The notes under the pieces were generated by a model. The model did no database searches and was not told the DNA's origin. It saw only the letters and a list, made by a program, of their open reading frames with translations. The translations under genes and the position numbers were made by a program. Below are positions 1 through 9,533 of a stretch of DNA of 24,000 bases, piece by piece. The stretch's first letter is position 1; each line of letters starts with the position of its first letter. Source of the DNA: Spelaeicoccus albus (GTDB lineage: Bacteria; Actinomycetota; Actinomycetes; Actinomycetales; Brevibacteriaceae); NCBI RefSeq assembly GCF_013409065.1, contig NZ_JACBZP010000001.1, positions 2,776,518-2,800,517 on the forward strand. The letters are read 5' to 3'.

Positions 1-227
1 TATTTGACGGCGTCGTCCACCGTAGCGAGATCCTTGACCTTGTCGTCGGGAATCTTCACGCTGAACTTTTCTTCGGCGTTGACCACGATGGTCATCATCG
101 AGATCGAGTCGATGTCCAGATCGTCGACGAACGACTTGTCCGGCTCGACGGCTTCGACGGCCAGACCGGTCTCTTCATTGACGATTTCGGCGAGGCCGCT
201 GAGGATTTCTTCTTCGGAATATGCCAT
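1..227 (-). CDS. acpP: Acyl carrier protein (FAS-II ACP); C-terminal end cut by the window edge
   Basis: This gene is absent from the ORF track because it has no stop codon inside the window. My translation from the minus-strand ATG at 227 is MAYSEEEILSGLAEIVNEETGLAVEAVEPDKSFVDDLDIDSISMMTIVVNAEEKFSVKIPDDKVKDLATVDDAVK. It carries the ACP phosphopantetheine-attachment motif DLDIDSI. An AAGGAAG Shine-Dalgarno lies at 232-238, and the gene sits directly downstream of fabD-fabH. Confidence 0.9.
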   Translation of the reverse strand, partial: MAYSEEEILSGLAEIVNEETGLAVEAVEPDKSFVDDLDIDSISMMTIVVNAEEKFSVKIPDDKVKDLATVDDAVK

Positions 228-307
228 TGTGCTTCCTTTATCTTGTGGTCGTGCGTGTTATTCGCGATTGCTTTATTACTGTGGTGAACAAGTCCCCGGG
301 AGGGATA

Positions 308-1327
308 CTACGGCAGCACCACCACTTGTGCGCCATAGACAAGCCCGGCACCGAAGCCGATTTGCAAAGCAAGTCCTCCGTGCAAGCTTGGGTTTTCACG
401 CAGCAGGCGCTCCGTGGCCAAGGGAATCGAGGCCGCCGACGTATTTCCATTATCGGCGATATCGCGGCCGATCGTGACATGGTCGGGCAGTTTCAATTGC
501 TTGGCCAGTTCGTCGATGATGCGCATGTTCGCCTGGTGAGGGATGAACGCGCTGAGATCGGATGCTTTGATGCCGGCGACCTCGAGCGCTTCCTTGGCGA
601 CCTTGGCCATGTCCCAGACCGCCCATCGGAAGACCGTGGGCCCCTCCTGGCGGAGTGTCGGCCACGGCGTGTCCTTGTCGTCGCGCCAGTCGAGGCTGGA
701 CGACGTGACGCTGATCGTGTCCCAATTCTCACCCTTGGAACCCCACACGCTCGGCGCAATCCCGGGCGTGTCGCTTCGAGCAATTACTACGGCGCCGGCG
801 CCATCGCCCAGCAGGAATGAAATGGTGCGGTCGGTCGGATCGATGAAGTCGGAAAGCTTCTCCACGCCGATGACCAGGATGTTATCGGCCGCTCCGGCAC
901 GGACCATCGCGTCGGCCTGGGCGATTCCGTAGCAGTATCCGGCACACGCGGCCGAGATGTCCCACGCCGGAACGGGACCGGTACCAAGCTTTGCCGTCAA
1001 GAACGAAGCGGCGGACGGCGTCGGGTACGGAAATGTGACAGTGGCAACAAGAATCGCGCCGATGTCCGCCGGTGCCAGTCCGGCGTTGGCGATGGCTTCG
1101 ATTGCCGCCTCTTCAGCCATGTCGACGACGCCGACGTCCTTGGGGGCGCGACTGCGGGTGATGATACCGGTGCGCTGACGAATCCACTCGTCGGAGGAAT
1201 CGATGGCTTCGACCAATTCGGAATTCGGCACCGACTGTTCGCCGCGGCTGCCGCCGATTCCCACGATGCGCGAGTGCTTGGCGGTCTTCATCTGGGAAAG
1301 CGTCGGCTGATGGTGCAAAAGACTCAT
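308..1327 (-). CDS. fabH: 3-oxoacyl-ACP synthase III (KAS III)
   Basis: The 339-aa ORF has thiolase-fold KAS III hallmarks: RIVGIGGSRG, DISAACAGYCYG (active-site Cys), IPHQAN and NGNTSAASIP. Its ATG at 1327 overlaps the fabD stop codon (ATGA), which indicates translational coupling. Confidence 0.92.
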   Translation of the reverse strand: MSLLHHQPTLSQMKTAKHSRIVGIGGSRGEQSVPNSELVEAIDSSDEWIRQRTGIITRSRAPKDVGVVDMAEEAAIEAIANAGLAPADIGAILVATVTFPYPTPSAASFLTAKLGTGPVPAWDISAACAGYCYGIAQADAMVRAGAADNILVIGVEKLSDFIDPTDRTISFLLGDGAGAVVIARSDTPGIAPSVWGSKGENWDTISVTSSSLDWRDDKDTPWPTLRQEGPTVFRWAVWDMAKVAKEALEVAGIKASDLSAFIPHQANMRIIDELAKQLKLPDHVTIGRDIADNGNTSAASIPLATERLLRENPSLHGGLALQIGFGAGLVYGAQVVVLP

Positions 1328-2256
1328 GAGCGGTCCTCAGGGTGGATGTGCCGCGCGACGAATTCGCGGGCCGAATCAAGGTCGTCCGCCGAATTCAGCG
1401 AAAACCGTTCGACGTCCTTCAAGCCGCGCTTGGCCAAGCCGCTCAATGTGCCGGCAGGAGGTAACTCGAGCAGTCCGGTCACGCCGGCTCCGGCCATCGT
1501 CTCCATACACAGATCCCAGCGGACCGGATTGGCCACTTGCGTCACGAGACTGGCCAAATAGTCCCGGCCGGAGTTGACGGTTCGGCCGTCCGCGTTCGAC
1601 AAGAGCGGCACCGACGGATCGGCGACGGACATGCCGGCGGAGATCGCGGACAGTCGCTCTTTCGCCGGCGCCATGTGCTTGGTGTGGAAAGCGCCGGCGA
1701 CCTTGAGCGGCATGACGCGCGCTTTGGCGGGCGGATCGTCCTTCAGCGCGGCGAGTTCATCGAGTGTGCCGGCCGCGACCGTCTGCCCGCCGCCGTTCGC
1801 ATTGGCCGCCGTGAGACCGTGGCGGGCAAGCGTGTCCGCCACGTCGTTTGGTTCACCGCCGAGCACGGCGCTCATACCAGTCGGTACTTCGGCGGCCGCC
1901 GCGGCCATCCGGGCACCGCGTTCGCGCACGAACACCATCGCCTGTTCGGCCGTGAGTACGCCGGCGAACGCCGCCGCGGCGATTTCGCCGACCGAATGGC
2001 CGGCCGTGATGCCGGCGCGGTCGCCGTCGCCGAGAAGCACGTCGGCTGCCAAGATCCCGGAAGCGACGAGCAACGGCTGCGCGATTGCCGTGTCCTTGAT
2101 GGTCTCTTCGTCGGATTCGGTGCCGTGTGCGACCAGATCGATGTCGGCGACTGCCGACAACCAGGTCAACCGGTCACGGAATCCGGGAACCTCGAGCCAG
2201 CTACTCAAGAAGCCCGGCTTTTGGGAGCCTTGGCCCGGGAAAACTAATGCAAGCAC
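1324..2256 (-). CDS. fabD: Malonyl-CoA:ACP transacylase
   Basis: The 310-aa ORF contains FPGQGSQ and GHSVGE (active-site Ser), both diagnostic of FabD. It starts at GTG 2256 with a GAGAAGG Shine-Dalgarno upstream. Confidence 0.92.
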   Translation of the reverse strand: MLALVFPGQGSQKPGFLSSWLEVPGFRDRLTWLSAVADIDLVAHGTESDEETIKDTAIAQPLLVASGILAADVLLGDGDRAGITAGHSVGEIAAAAFAGVLTAEQAMVFVRERGARMAAAAAEVPTGMSAVLGGEPNDVADTLARHGLTAANANGGGQTVAAGTLDELAALKDDPPAKARVMPLKVAGAFHTKHMAPAKERLSAISAGMSVADPSVPLLSNADGRTVNSGRDYLASLVTQVANPVRWDLCMETMAGAGVTGLLELPPAGTLSGLAKRGLKDVERFSLNSADDLDSAREFVARHIHPEDRS

Positions 2257-2302
2257 TATCCAACCTTCTCTTGTGGGACGCGGACGACCTCGATAACGAC
2301 AG

Positions 2303-3580
2303 CTACCAACCTTGGGTGGAAGTTTTGGAGGGTGTGGACAAGGCGCCCTGTTGTTTCAACCGGCCGAGGACAAGCGCCGTTCGGACAACGTACGATTCGC
2401 GTGCGGCGGTCGGGTCCCAGCCGGAGACATCCGTTGCTTTGCGCAATCGGTATCGAACGGTGTTCGGGTGCACGAAAAGCTCCCGGGCAGTGGCTTCAAG
2501 AGAGTTCCCGCACTCGAGATAAATGGTCACGGTGTCCAATAGACTGCCGCCGGCATCGTCCAGCGGTGCGTAGATGCGGTCGATCAGTTCCCGGACGGCG
2601 ACGCGGTCACCCGCCAAAGCCCGTTCCGGCCACAAATCGTCGGCCGAGACGGGCCGCGGCGCGCCGGGCCAACCGCCGACCGCGTGCCGACCGGCGAACG
2701 CGGCGGCCGCCGACGTACCGGCTTCGGCCAGCGAGGGGACAACCGGGCCGAGCACCACTTGGCTCGGACCGAATTTGTCGGCAAGCGCGGCGGCCGCCGT
2801 GCGGAAGTCCTTGGCTCCGCCCAGGACGACGATGAGCCTGTTTTCCTGGATGCCCACGAGCGCATCCTCGGCAACGCGGCGCGCCGAGCGCCGAAGGTCG
2901 TCGGTCAATTGCGGGGTGGGTCGGAACGGCGCCTGCCCGACTATTACTGCTACTTCGCCGACCGAACGCCAGCCAAGCGCGGCGGTGCGGGACGTCAGGG
3001 CATCGACCGATTCACCGCGGACCAGGGCGTCGACGACGAGCGCTTCCAGGCGAGCGTCCCAATTGCCGCGGGCTTCGGCTGCTCGGGCGTACACATCGGC
3101 TGCGGCAAAGGCTACCTCGCGAGAGAACAACAGAACCGCTTCGCGCAAGGACTGGTCCTCGTCGCCTTTGCCGAGGTCCGGCACGCGTTCTTCGACCACT
3201 TCGACGACGACGCGAACGAGCTGGAGGGTTTGCTGCAGCGTGATGGCGCGCGTCAATTCACGCGGCGCCGTACCGAAGATATCGGCCACGACCCAGAGCG
3301 GGGCGTCGGGTTTGCGGTACCAGTCGACGAATGACGTGATCCCCGCCTGAGCGACGAGTCCGACCCACGACCGATCAGCCGGCTGCATTGCCCGATACCA
3401 CGGCAACGTCGAATCGAGTCGTTGAAGCGTTGCGGTGGACAGCTCGCCGATACCGGCCTTGAGGCGTCGTCCGGTGGCGGCGCGGTGACGGAGGGTGTCG
3501 CGGCCGCGACTTGCCGAGTCGGCTGCGCTGCGCTTCCCGGGGGCCTTTGCAGACTTCGGGCGCGCGGTGTTTTCGGGCAT
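2303..3580 (-). CDS. PucR-family transcriptional regulator, FasR/MabR-like (fatty-acid synthase operon regulator)
   Basis: The C-terminal PucR-type HTH reads SLEATARELFVHPNTVRYRLRKATDVSGWDP. Its position immediately upstream of fabD matches Streptomyces fasR and Mycobacterium mabR (Rv2242). The tracked ORF (to 3817) is over-extended through a palindromic repeat, so I place the start at ATG 3580 (MPENTARPKSAK...). The start codon is uncertain. Confidence 0.8.
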   Translation of the reverse strand: MPENTARPKSAKAPGKRSAADSASRGRDTLRHRAATGRRLKAGIGELSTATLQRLDSTLPWYRAMQPADRSWVGLVAQAGITSFVDWYRKPDAPLWVVADIFGTAPRELTRAITLQQTLQLVRVVVEVVEERVPDLGKGDEDQSLREAVLLFSREVAFAAADVYARAAEARGNWDARLEALVVDALVRGESVDALTSRTAALGWRSVGEVAVIVGQAPFRPTPQLTDDLRRSARRVAEDALVGIQENRLIVVLGGAKDFRTAAAALADKFGPSQVVLGPVVPSLAEAGTSAAAAFAGRHAVGGWPGAPRPVSADDLWPERALAGDRVAVRELIDRIYAPLDDAGGSLLDTVTIYLECGNSLEATARELFVHPNTVRYRLRKATDVSGWDPTAARESYVVRTALVLGRLKQQGALSTPSKTSTQGW

Positions 3581-3599
3581 GGTCAGATCATAGTTGGTG

Positions 3600-3618
3600 A
3601 TTGTAGTGAATCCACAAT
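3600..3618 (-). promoter_or_regulatory. Candidate -10 box / operator: inverted repeat ATTGTGG-N5-CTACAAT containing TACAAT
   Basis: The minus strand reads ATTGTGGATTCACTACAAT, ending 19 nt upstream of the regulator ATG. Six of seven arm positions pair. The hexamer TACAAT (3605-3600) is a near-consensus -10 box. Confidence 0.3.
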
Positions 3619-3686
3619 CGTGGTGGGGATTCCGACAAAACGGAAGGCACCGGGAGGCCCTCGCCGCCGTCAGTATCGCCGCAGCC

Positions 3687-3822
3687 CGCGCCGAGTGGTG
3701 GCCAGTGGCTGTCCGCTCGCGCCGAGTGGTGGCGAATGGCTGCGAAATCATTGATTTCGCAGCCATTCGCCACCACTCGGCGGGCGGGGCGGGGCGGCAA
3801 CGACCATTCGCCACCACTCGAT
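3687..3822. repeat. Nested inverted-repeat array: four copies of a ~17-22 bp motif (CGAGTGGTGGCGAATGG) arranged as two direct then two inverted copies, with 31-bp perfect hairpin arms at the centre
   Basis: The direct copies lie at 3690-3711 and 3721-3742 (20 of 22 identical). The inverted copies lie at 3760-3781 and 3802-3822. Positions 3720-3750 are the exact reverse complement of 3752-3782, with a single unpaired base at 3751. The array lies between the aceE stop (3841) and the regulator start (3580). Confidence 0.9.
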
Positions 3823-3840
3823 CCGGGGCGAGCCGGGAGT

Positions 3841-6597
3841 CTAGGAGTCGCCGCCGCCGTTGCCGGACGAACCGGCAGTCGCATCGTGCAGACGGTACTT
3901 CTCGACGGCCTCGGCAGCCTGCGCCCGATCGATGGCGCCGGCATTGGCCAGCGACAACAGTGCGCGGACGACGACGGACGGCCCGTCGATCTTGTAATGA
4001 CGCCGCGCGGCCGAGCGGGTATCCGAGATCGCGAAATCGTCGGCGCCCAGCGACTGGAAGTCGGCCGGCACATACTGCCTGATCTGATCCGGGACGGCGC
4101 GCATATAGTCGCTCACGGCCACGACGGGACCGTCGGCGTCCTGCAGCTTCTGCGTCACATACGGCACGCGCTGCTCGGCGGTCGGATCAAGCAGTTGCGC
4201 CGATTCGGCCTCCATTCCGTCGCGCCGAAGTTCGTTCCACGACGTGACCGACCAGACGTCGGCACGCACGCCCCAGTCGTCCCTGAGCAGCTGCTGGGCC
4301 TCGAGCGCCCACGCCATGGCGACGCCGGACGCCAGCAGCTGGACTGCCGGGCCGGAGCCCTCGCCCGGGGCAAGCAGGTAGATGCCCTTCAACAAGCCTT
4401 CAACGTCGAGATTCTCCGGCTCCTTGGGCTGAACGATCGGCTCGTTGTACAAGGTGATGTAGTACATCTTGTTCGGGTCCTGGCGTGGATCGTCCGGATC
4501 GTACATCCGGGCCAGGCCGTCTTTCATGATGTGGCCGATCTCGTACCCGTAAGCCGGGTCGTACGTGATAACGGCCGGGTTCGTCGAGGCAAGCAGCGGC
4601 GAATGGCCGTCGCCGTGTTGCAAGCCCTCACCCGTCAGCGTCGTCCGGCCGGCCGTGGCGCCGAGGATGAATCCTCGCGACATCTGGTCGCCGGCAGCCC
4701 ACATGGCATCGCCGGTGCGTTGGAATCCGAACATCGAATAAAAGATGTAGATCGGGATCATCGGCTCGCCGAGCGTCGAGTACGCAGTGGCCGCGGCCGT
4801 GAACCCGGCCATGGCCCCGGCTTCGCTGATGCCCACGTGCATGATCTGTCCGCTCTTGGATTCCTTGTACGCCAAGAACAATTCGCGGTCGACCGACACG
4901 TAGTTCTGGCCGTGCGGGTTGTAGATCTTCGCGGTCGGGAAGAACGAGTCCATGCCGAACGTGCGCGCTTCGTCCGGAACAATCGGCACGATGCGCTTGC
5001 CGAACTCCTTGTCGCGCATCAGATCCTTGAGCAGACGGACGAACGCCATGGTGGTGGCGATCTCCTGTTTGCCGGAACCGCGGGCCACCACCTCGTACGA
5101 CTTGTCGCCGGGTAGGGCCAGCTGCTTATGTTCGGTTGACCGGGCCGGCTGCGCGCCGCCGAGCCGTTCGCGGCGTTCCAGCAGGTACTTGATTTCCGGA
5201 GCGTCGGGGCCGGGGTTGTAGTACGGCGGCAGATATGGGTCGGCCTCGAGCTCGGAGTCGCTGATCGGGATCGACAAGTGATCGCGCAGCAGCTTCAGGT
5301 CGTCGAGCGTGAGCTTCTTCATCTGGTGCGTCGCATTGCGTGCTTCGAAGTGCGGCCCGAGGCCGTACCCCTTGACGGTCTTGACGAGGATGACAGTCGG
5401 CTCACCGGAGTGCTCGACCGCAGCCTTGTAGGCCGCGTACACCTTGCGGTAGTCGTGGCCGCCGCGCTTGAGGTTCCAGATCTTCTCATCGGAGTAGTCG
5501 TGCACCATCTGCTTGGTGCGCGGATCGCGGCCGAAGAAGTTGTCGCGCACGAACGCGCCCGACTCGCCCTTGTAAGTCTGATAATCGCCGTCCGGCGTCG
5601 CGTTCATCAGATTCACGAGCGCACCATCGCGGTCGGCGGCCAGCAGCGGATCCCATTCACGGCCCCACACGACTTTGATGACGTTCCACCCGGCGCCGCG
5701 GAAGTACGATTCCAGTTCCTGGATGATCTTGCCGTTGCCGCGGACCGGCCCGTCCAAGCGCTGCAGATTGCAATTGATGACGAACGTGAGATTGTCGAGA
5801 CCGTTGGTGGCCGCGGTCTGCAACAGCCCGCGGCTTTCCGGTTCGTCCATTTCGCCGTCGCCCAGAAATGCCCACACGTGCTGGTCCGACGTGTCCTTGA
5901 TTCCGCGGCCGTCGACGTATTTGTTGAACAGTGCCTGGTAGATGGCGTTCATCGGGCCGATGCCCATCGATACCGTCGGGAATTGCCAGAACTCCGGCAT
6001 GTGCCGCGGATGCGGATAGGACGGAAGTCCCGGCTTGCCGTCGACGACGTGGGAAGCCTGCTGGCGGAATCCGTCGAGGTCCGATTCGCTCAACCGGCCT
6101 TCCAAGAACGCCCGGGCGTACATTCCCGGGGATGCGTGGCCTTGATAGAACACCTGGTCGCCGCCGCCAGGATGATCCTTGCCGCGGAAGAAGTGGTTCA
6201 TGCCCACCTCGTAGAGCGTTGCGGAGGAGGCATAGGTGGAGATGTGTCCGCCGACGCCGATACCGGGCCGCTGGGCGCGATGCACCATGACGGCGGCATT
6301 CCAGCGCAGCCATTTGCGGTACCGGCGTTCGACTTCCTCATCGCCCGGGAACCACGGTTCGAATTCGGGGCTGATCGTGTTGACGTAGTCGGTGGTCGTG
6401 ACGCTCGGCACGCCGACATTATTGATGCGGGCCTGCTGAAGCATGCTCAGCATCACGTAGCGCGCGCGGGAGCGTCCACGTTCGCTCACGAGCCCGTCGA
6501 ATGACTCGAGCCACTCGGCTGTCTCTTCGGGGTCGATGTCCGGAACCTGGCTCGGCAGGCCGTTCAGGATGGGCCCTGCGTCGTCGCGTGTAGCCAC
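3841..6597 (-). CDS. aceE: Pyruvate dehydrogenase E1 component (homodimeric type)
   Basis: The ORF is colinear with actinobacterial AceE, with blocks such as [44 protein letters not shown] (TPP motif) and [11 protein letters not shown]. The tracked ORF starts at 6630. I prefer GTG 6597 because GAGAGGAAAC (6601-6610) sits 6-7 nt upstream of it, while 6630 has no Shine-Dalgarno. Confidence 0.93.
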   Translation of the reverse strand: MATRDDAGPILNGLPSQVPDIDPEETAEWLESFDGLVSERGRSRARYVMLSMLQQARINNVGVPSVTTTDYVNTISPEFEPWFPGDEEVERRYRKWLRWNAAVMVHRAQRPGIGVGGHISTYASSATLYEVGMNHFFRGKDHPGGGDQVFYQGHASPGMYARAFLEGRLSESDLDGFRQQASHVVDGKPGLPSYPHPRHMPEFWQFPTVSMGIGPMNAIYQALFNKYVDGRGIKDTSDQHVWAFLGDGEMDEPESRGLLQTAATNGLDNLTFVINCNLQRLDGPVRGNGKIIQELESYFRGAGWNVIKVVWGREWDPLLAADRDGALVNLMNATPDGDYQTYKGESGAFVRDNFFGRDPRTKQMVHDYSDEKIWNLKRGGHDYRKVYAAYKAAVEHSGEPTVILVKTVKGYGLGPHFEARNATHQMKKLTLDDLKLLRDHLSIPISDSELEADPYLPPYYNPGPDAPEIKYLLERRERLGGAQPARSTEHKQLALPGDKSYEVVARGSGKQEIATTMAFVRLLKDLMRDKEFGKRIVPIVPDEARTFGMDSFFPTAKIYNPHGQNYVSVDRELFLAYKESKSGQIMHVGISEAGAMAGFTAAATAYSTLGEPMIPIYIFYSMFGFQRTGDAMWAAGDQMSRGFILGATAGRTTLTGEGLQHGDGHSPLLASTNPAVITYDPAYGYEIGHIMKDGLARMYDPDDPRQDPNKMYYITLYNEPIVQPKEPENLDVEGLLKGIYLLAPGEGSGPAVQLLASGVAMAWALEAQQLLRDDWGVRADVWSVTSWNELRRDGMEAESAQLLDPTAEQRVPYVTQKLQDADGPVVAVSDYMRAVPDQIRQYVPADFQSLGADDFAISDTRSAARRHYKIDGPSVVVRALLSLANAGAIDRAQAAEAVEKYRLHDATAGSSGNGGGDS

Positions 6598-6896
6598 TCG
6601 GTTTCCTCTCGTAATTCGCGCTGGGGTCACCCGCGTCAGCTGTCAGGAAGTCGGCGCCCGGATGGTGTACGCGCACGCCGCACCCTCTATCGTTCCACTT
6701 ACCGGGCCGGGAACGAAACGCAGCCCGCGGTCGCGCCCGCCTGAGTGGGCACGGCGCGGGCGGGTGAATGGGTACGGCACGAGCAGCTGAATCGGCTTCA
6801 ATCGGTCGATTTACGTGCCGGGTGATCCGGACGGCGTGCGAGCGGGACGGCATCCGGCATACAGTGTTGCTAACTCTTGACGAAAGGAAGCGATAA

Positions 6897-7322
6897 GTGA
6901 GCGGGACTAGCTCCGCCCCGAACGCGGAGAAAAATCTGGCCGAACAACTCGGGTTCAAACCCGGCCAAATCGTTCAGGAATTCGGGTACGACGACGATGT
7001 GGACTTCGATTTGCGGGAGTCGATCGAAGCCGTGATCGGAGCCGAACTCGAAGACGAGGACTATGCGGACGTCGTTGACGCCGCAGTCTTGTGGTGGCGC
7101 GACGATGACGACGATCTGATCGATGGTCTCGTCGATGCGCTGACGGCGCTCGACGACGGGGGAGTGGTGTGGCTGTTCACTCCGAAGCCCGGGCGCGACG
7201 GGCACGTGCCCCCGGGTGAAATCTCCGAATCGGCGCCGACTGCGGGTTTGCACGTCACCTCGACCGTGAGCGCTTCTCCGGATTGGTCGGGTACCCGCTT
7301 GGTGAACCGCAAGATGAACTGA
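6897..7322 (+). CDS. DUF3052-family protein (Rv2239c-like)
   Basis: This is a 141-aa acidic protein with GFKPGQIVQEFGYDDDVD and WLFTPKPGRDGHV. It starts at GTG with a GAAAGGAAG Shine-Dalgarno. It sits between aceE and ahpE, as does its mycobacterial counterpart. Confidence 0.75.
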   Translation: MSGTSSAPNAEKNLAEQLGFKPGQIVQEFGYDDDVDFDLRESIEAVIGAELEDEDYADVVDAAVLWWRDDDDDLIDGLVDALTALDDGGVVWLFTPKPGRDGHVPPGEISESAPTAGLHVTSTVSASPDWSGTRLVNRKMN

Positions 7323-7813
7323 TGCGCGAACTGGTCGGCTCACCGGCTCCGTTCTTCGCCCTCGACGATCAATTCGGACAGCGGCACACGCCGGGCGACT
7401 ACGCTGGCACGTCATTGCTGATCGTGTTCTTTCCTTTTGCGTTCTCACCTATCTGCAGTTCCGAAATGGGTGAATTGAACGAGCTGGCCGGCGAGGCCGA
7501 GGGCCGCGGCGGCTGGTCGGTCGTGTGCATCTCCGCCGATTCGAAATACGCGCTGCGCGAATTCGGCGATTCCCACGAGTTGTCGCTGACGATGCTCAGC
7601 GACTTCTGGCCGCACGGCGCCGCATCCGCCCGATACGGCGCTTTCGATGCCGCAAGCGGGCGTGCCGGGCGCGGAACCGTCGTCATCGCCCCGGACGGAA
7701 TCATCGACCAGGCCGAACTGTCCGACGCCGGGCATGCCCGAGACCTGGCAGGCTGGGTGCGAAGAGCTCGGACAATCGGCCTCGAATCGGGCTCGGCCGG
7801 TCGATCGGCGTGA
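7322..7813 (+). CDS. ahpE: 1-Cys peroxiredoxin, AhpE type
   Basis: The motifs VFFPFAFSPIC (peroxidatic Cys) and LSDFWPHGA closely match M. tuberculosis AhpE. ATG 7322 overlaps the upstream stop (TGATG). The tracked ORF start at 7283 is probably 13 codons too early. Confidence 0.88.
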   Translation: MRELVGSPAPFFALDDQFGQRHTPGDYAGTSLLIVFFPFAFSPICSSEMGELNELAGEAEGRGGWSVVCISADSKYALREFGDSHELSLTMLSDFWPHGAASARYGAFDAASGRAGRGTVVIAPDGIIDQAELSDAGHARDLAGWVRRARTIGLESGSAGRSA

Positions 7814-8095
7814 CGCGGCGGTGTCGCCTGCCGGCCGTTCCGACGCCGACTTTGCGTCGTGAAGGCACCCGCGACATGCCGAAATCGAGCTTCTTCAAAA
7901 TTCTTATATAACTTTAAGATAACGGCGTCATTGCAGGTCAGCGCAATATAGTCTCTCTATGTTGCGATTAGGTAACGAACGAGGTTGAACTCTTGACTAT
8001 CGTTCGCAGTTGATTGCTTGTACAGTCGGATGTGGCCGCAATTCATAGACGGCCGTTCGAAGAGAATTTGTTCTCTTCACGACATACCAACCGAC

Positions 8096-8135
8096 GCTGC
8101 CGTACACCTCACGTCGTCCGCACGGCAGCCGTTTT
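8096..8135 (+). promoter_or_regulatory. GC-rich hairpin followed by a TTTT tract inside the rpf leader (candidate attenuator)
   Basis: GCTGCCGT (8096-8103) pairs with ACGGCAGC (8122-8129) around an 18-nt loop, followed by CGTTTTGG. The hairpin lies about 90 nt upstream of the rpf start. A second hairpin, GAAGAGAA/TTCTCTTC, lies at 8059-8078. Confidence 0.3.
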
Positions 8136-8213
8136 GGAATTGCAAGTCAACCTGCATGGGAATGGACGACGGCGTGTGGAAGGTCGGGGACGGCCCGAGC
8201 GTAGGTGTCCTAA

Positions 8214-8945
<732 letters not shown>

Positions 8946-8965
8946 GCAGCAGAACCCCCGCGAAT

Positions 8966-9013
8966 GGTGGATAGGGGCCCGGTTACCCGTCGGTAACCGG
9001 GCACCTGTCCACC
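8966..9013. terminator. Bidirectional terminator-like hairpin between convergent rpf and ribH
   Basis: The perfect core stem GCCCGGTTACC (8977-8987) pairs with GGTAACCGGGC (8992-9002) around the loop CGTC. The stem is extended by GGTGGATAGG/CCTGTCCACC, which has one mismatch. There is no strong U-tract on either strand. Confidence 0.6.
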
Positions 9014-9032
9014 TTTCGTCGTTGTAGCACGA

Positions 9033-9533
9033 TCAAGCGTGCAGGCGGTCGAGGGTCAAAGCCGTCACGATCGCGGCCTCGGCGGCTTCGGCGCCCTTGT
9101 CCTCGGATGATCCCGGCAGGCCGGCTCGATCGAGTGCCTGCTTTTCGTCGTCACACGTGAGCAGACCGAAACCGACGGGCACCCCGGTGTGCACCGAAAC
9201 CTCCGTCAATCCGTTCGTGGCGGCCTGGCACACGTAGTCGAAGTGCGGCGTCCCGCCACGGATGACGACGCCCAACGCCACTATGGCCTGATATTTCCGG
9301 CTCGCCAGTACGGCGGCCGCCACACTGAGCTCGAAGCTTCCGGGAACTCGGACCAGCTCGGGATCGAGCCCGGCCTCGACGCACACACGCTGCGCTCCGG
9401 CAATGAGGCCGTCCATCACCTCTTCATGCCAGCTGGCGGCGACGATCGCCACCCTCATACGCCGGGGGATCACCGTCCCGTCGTCCAACGTTCCGCGCGA
9501 GATCCGGCTGGCTGCCCGTCCGGCATTGCTCAT
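9033..9533 (-). CDS. ribH: 6,7-dimethyl-8-ribityllumazine synthase
   Basis: The 166-aa ORF contains [19 protein letters not shown] and [14 protein letters not shown], all typical of RibH. Its ATG overlaps the ribBA stop (ATGA). Confidence 0.92.
   Translation of the reverse strand: MSNAGRAASRISRGTLDDGTVIPRRMRVAIVAASWHEEVMDGLIAGAQRVCVEAGLDPELVRVPGSFELSVAAAVLASRKYQAIVALGVVIRGGTPHFDYVCQAATNGLTEVSVHTGVPVGFGLLTCDDEKQALDRAGLPGSSEDKGAEAAEAAIVTALTLDRLHA

Noticed and set aside
3736-6504. Plus-strand ORFs of 459 aa (3736-5115) and 408 aa (5278-6504)
   Set aside because: Both are antisense to aceE, which is colinear with known E1 enzymes over its full length. The translations are R/G/H/V-rich with no motifs. 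The 5' end of the first ORF is generated by the 3720-3782 palindrome.
7841-7859. A possible ahpE terminator hairpin (CGACGC-N7-GCGTCG)
   Set aside because: The stem is only 6 bp with no following U-tract, which is too weak to call.
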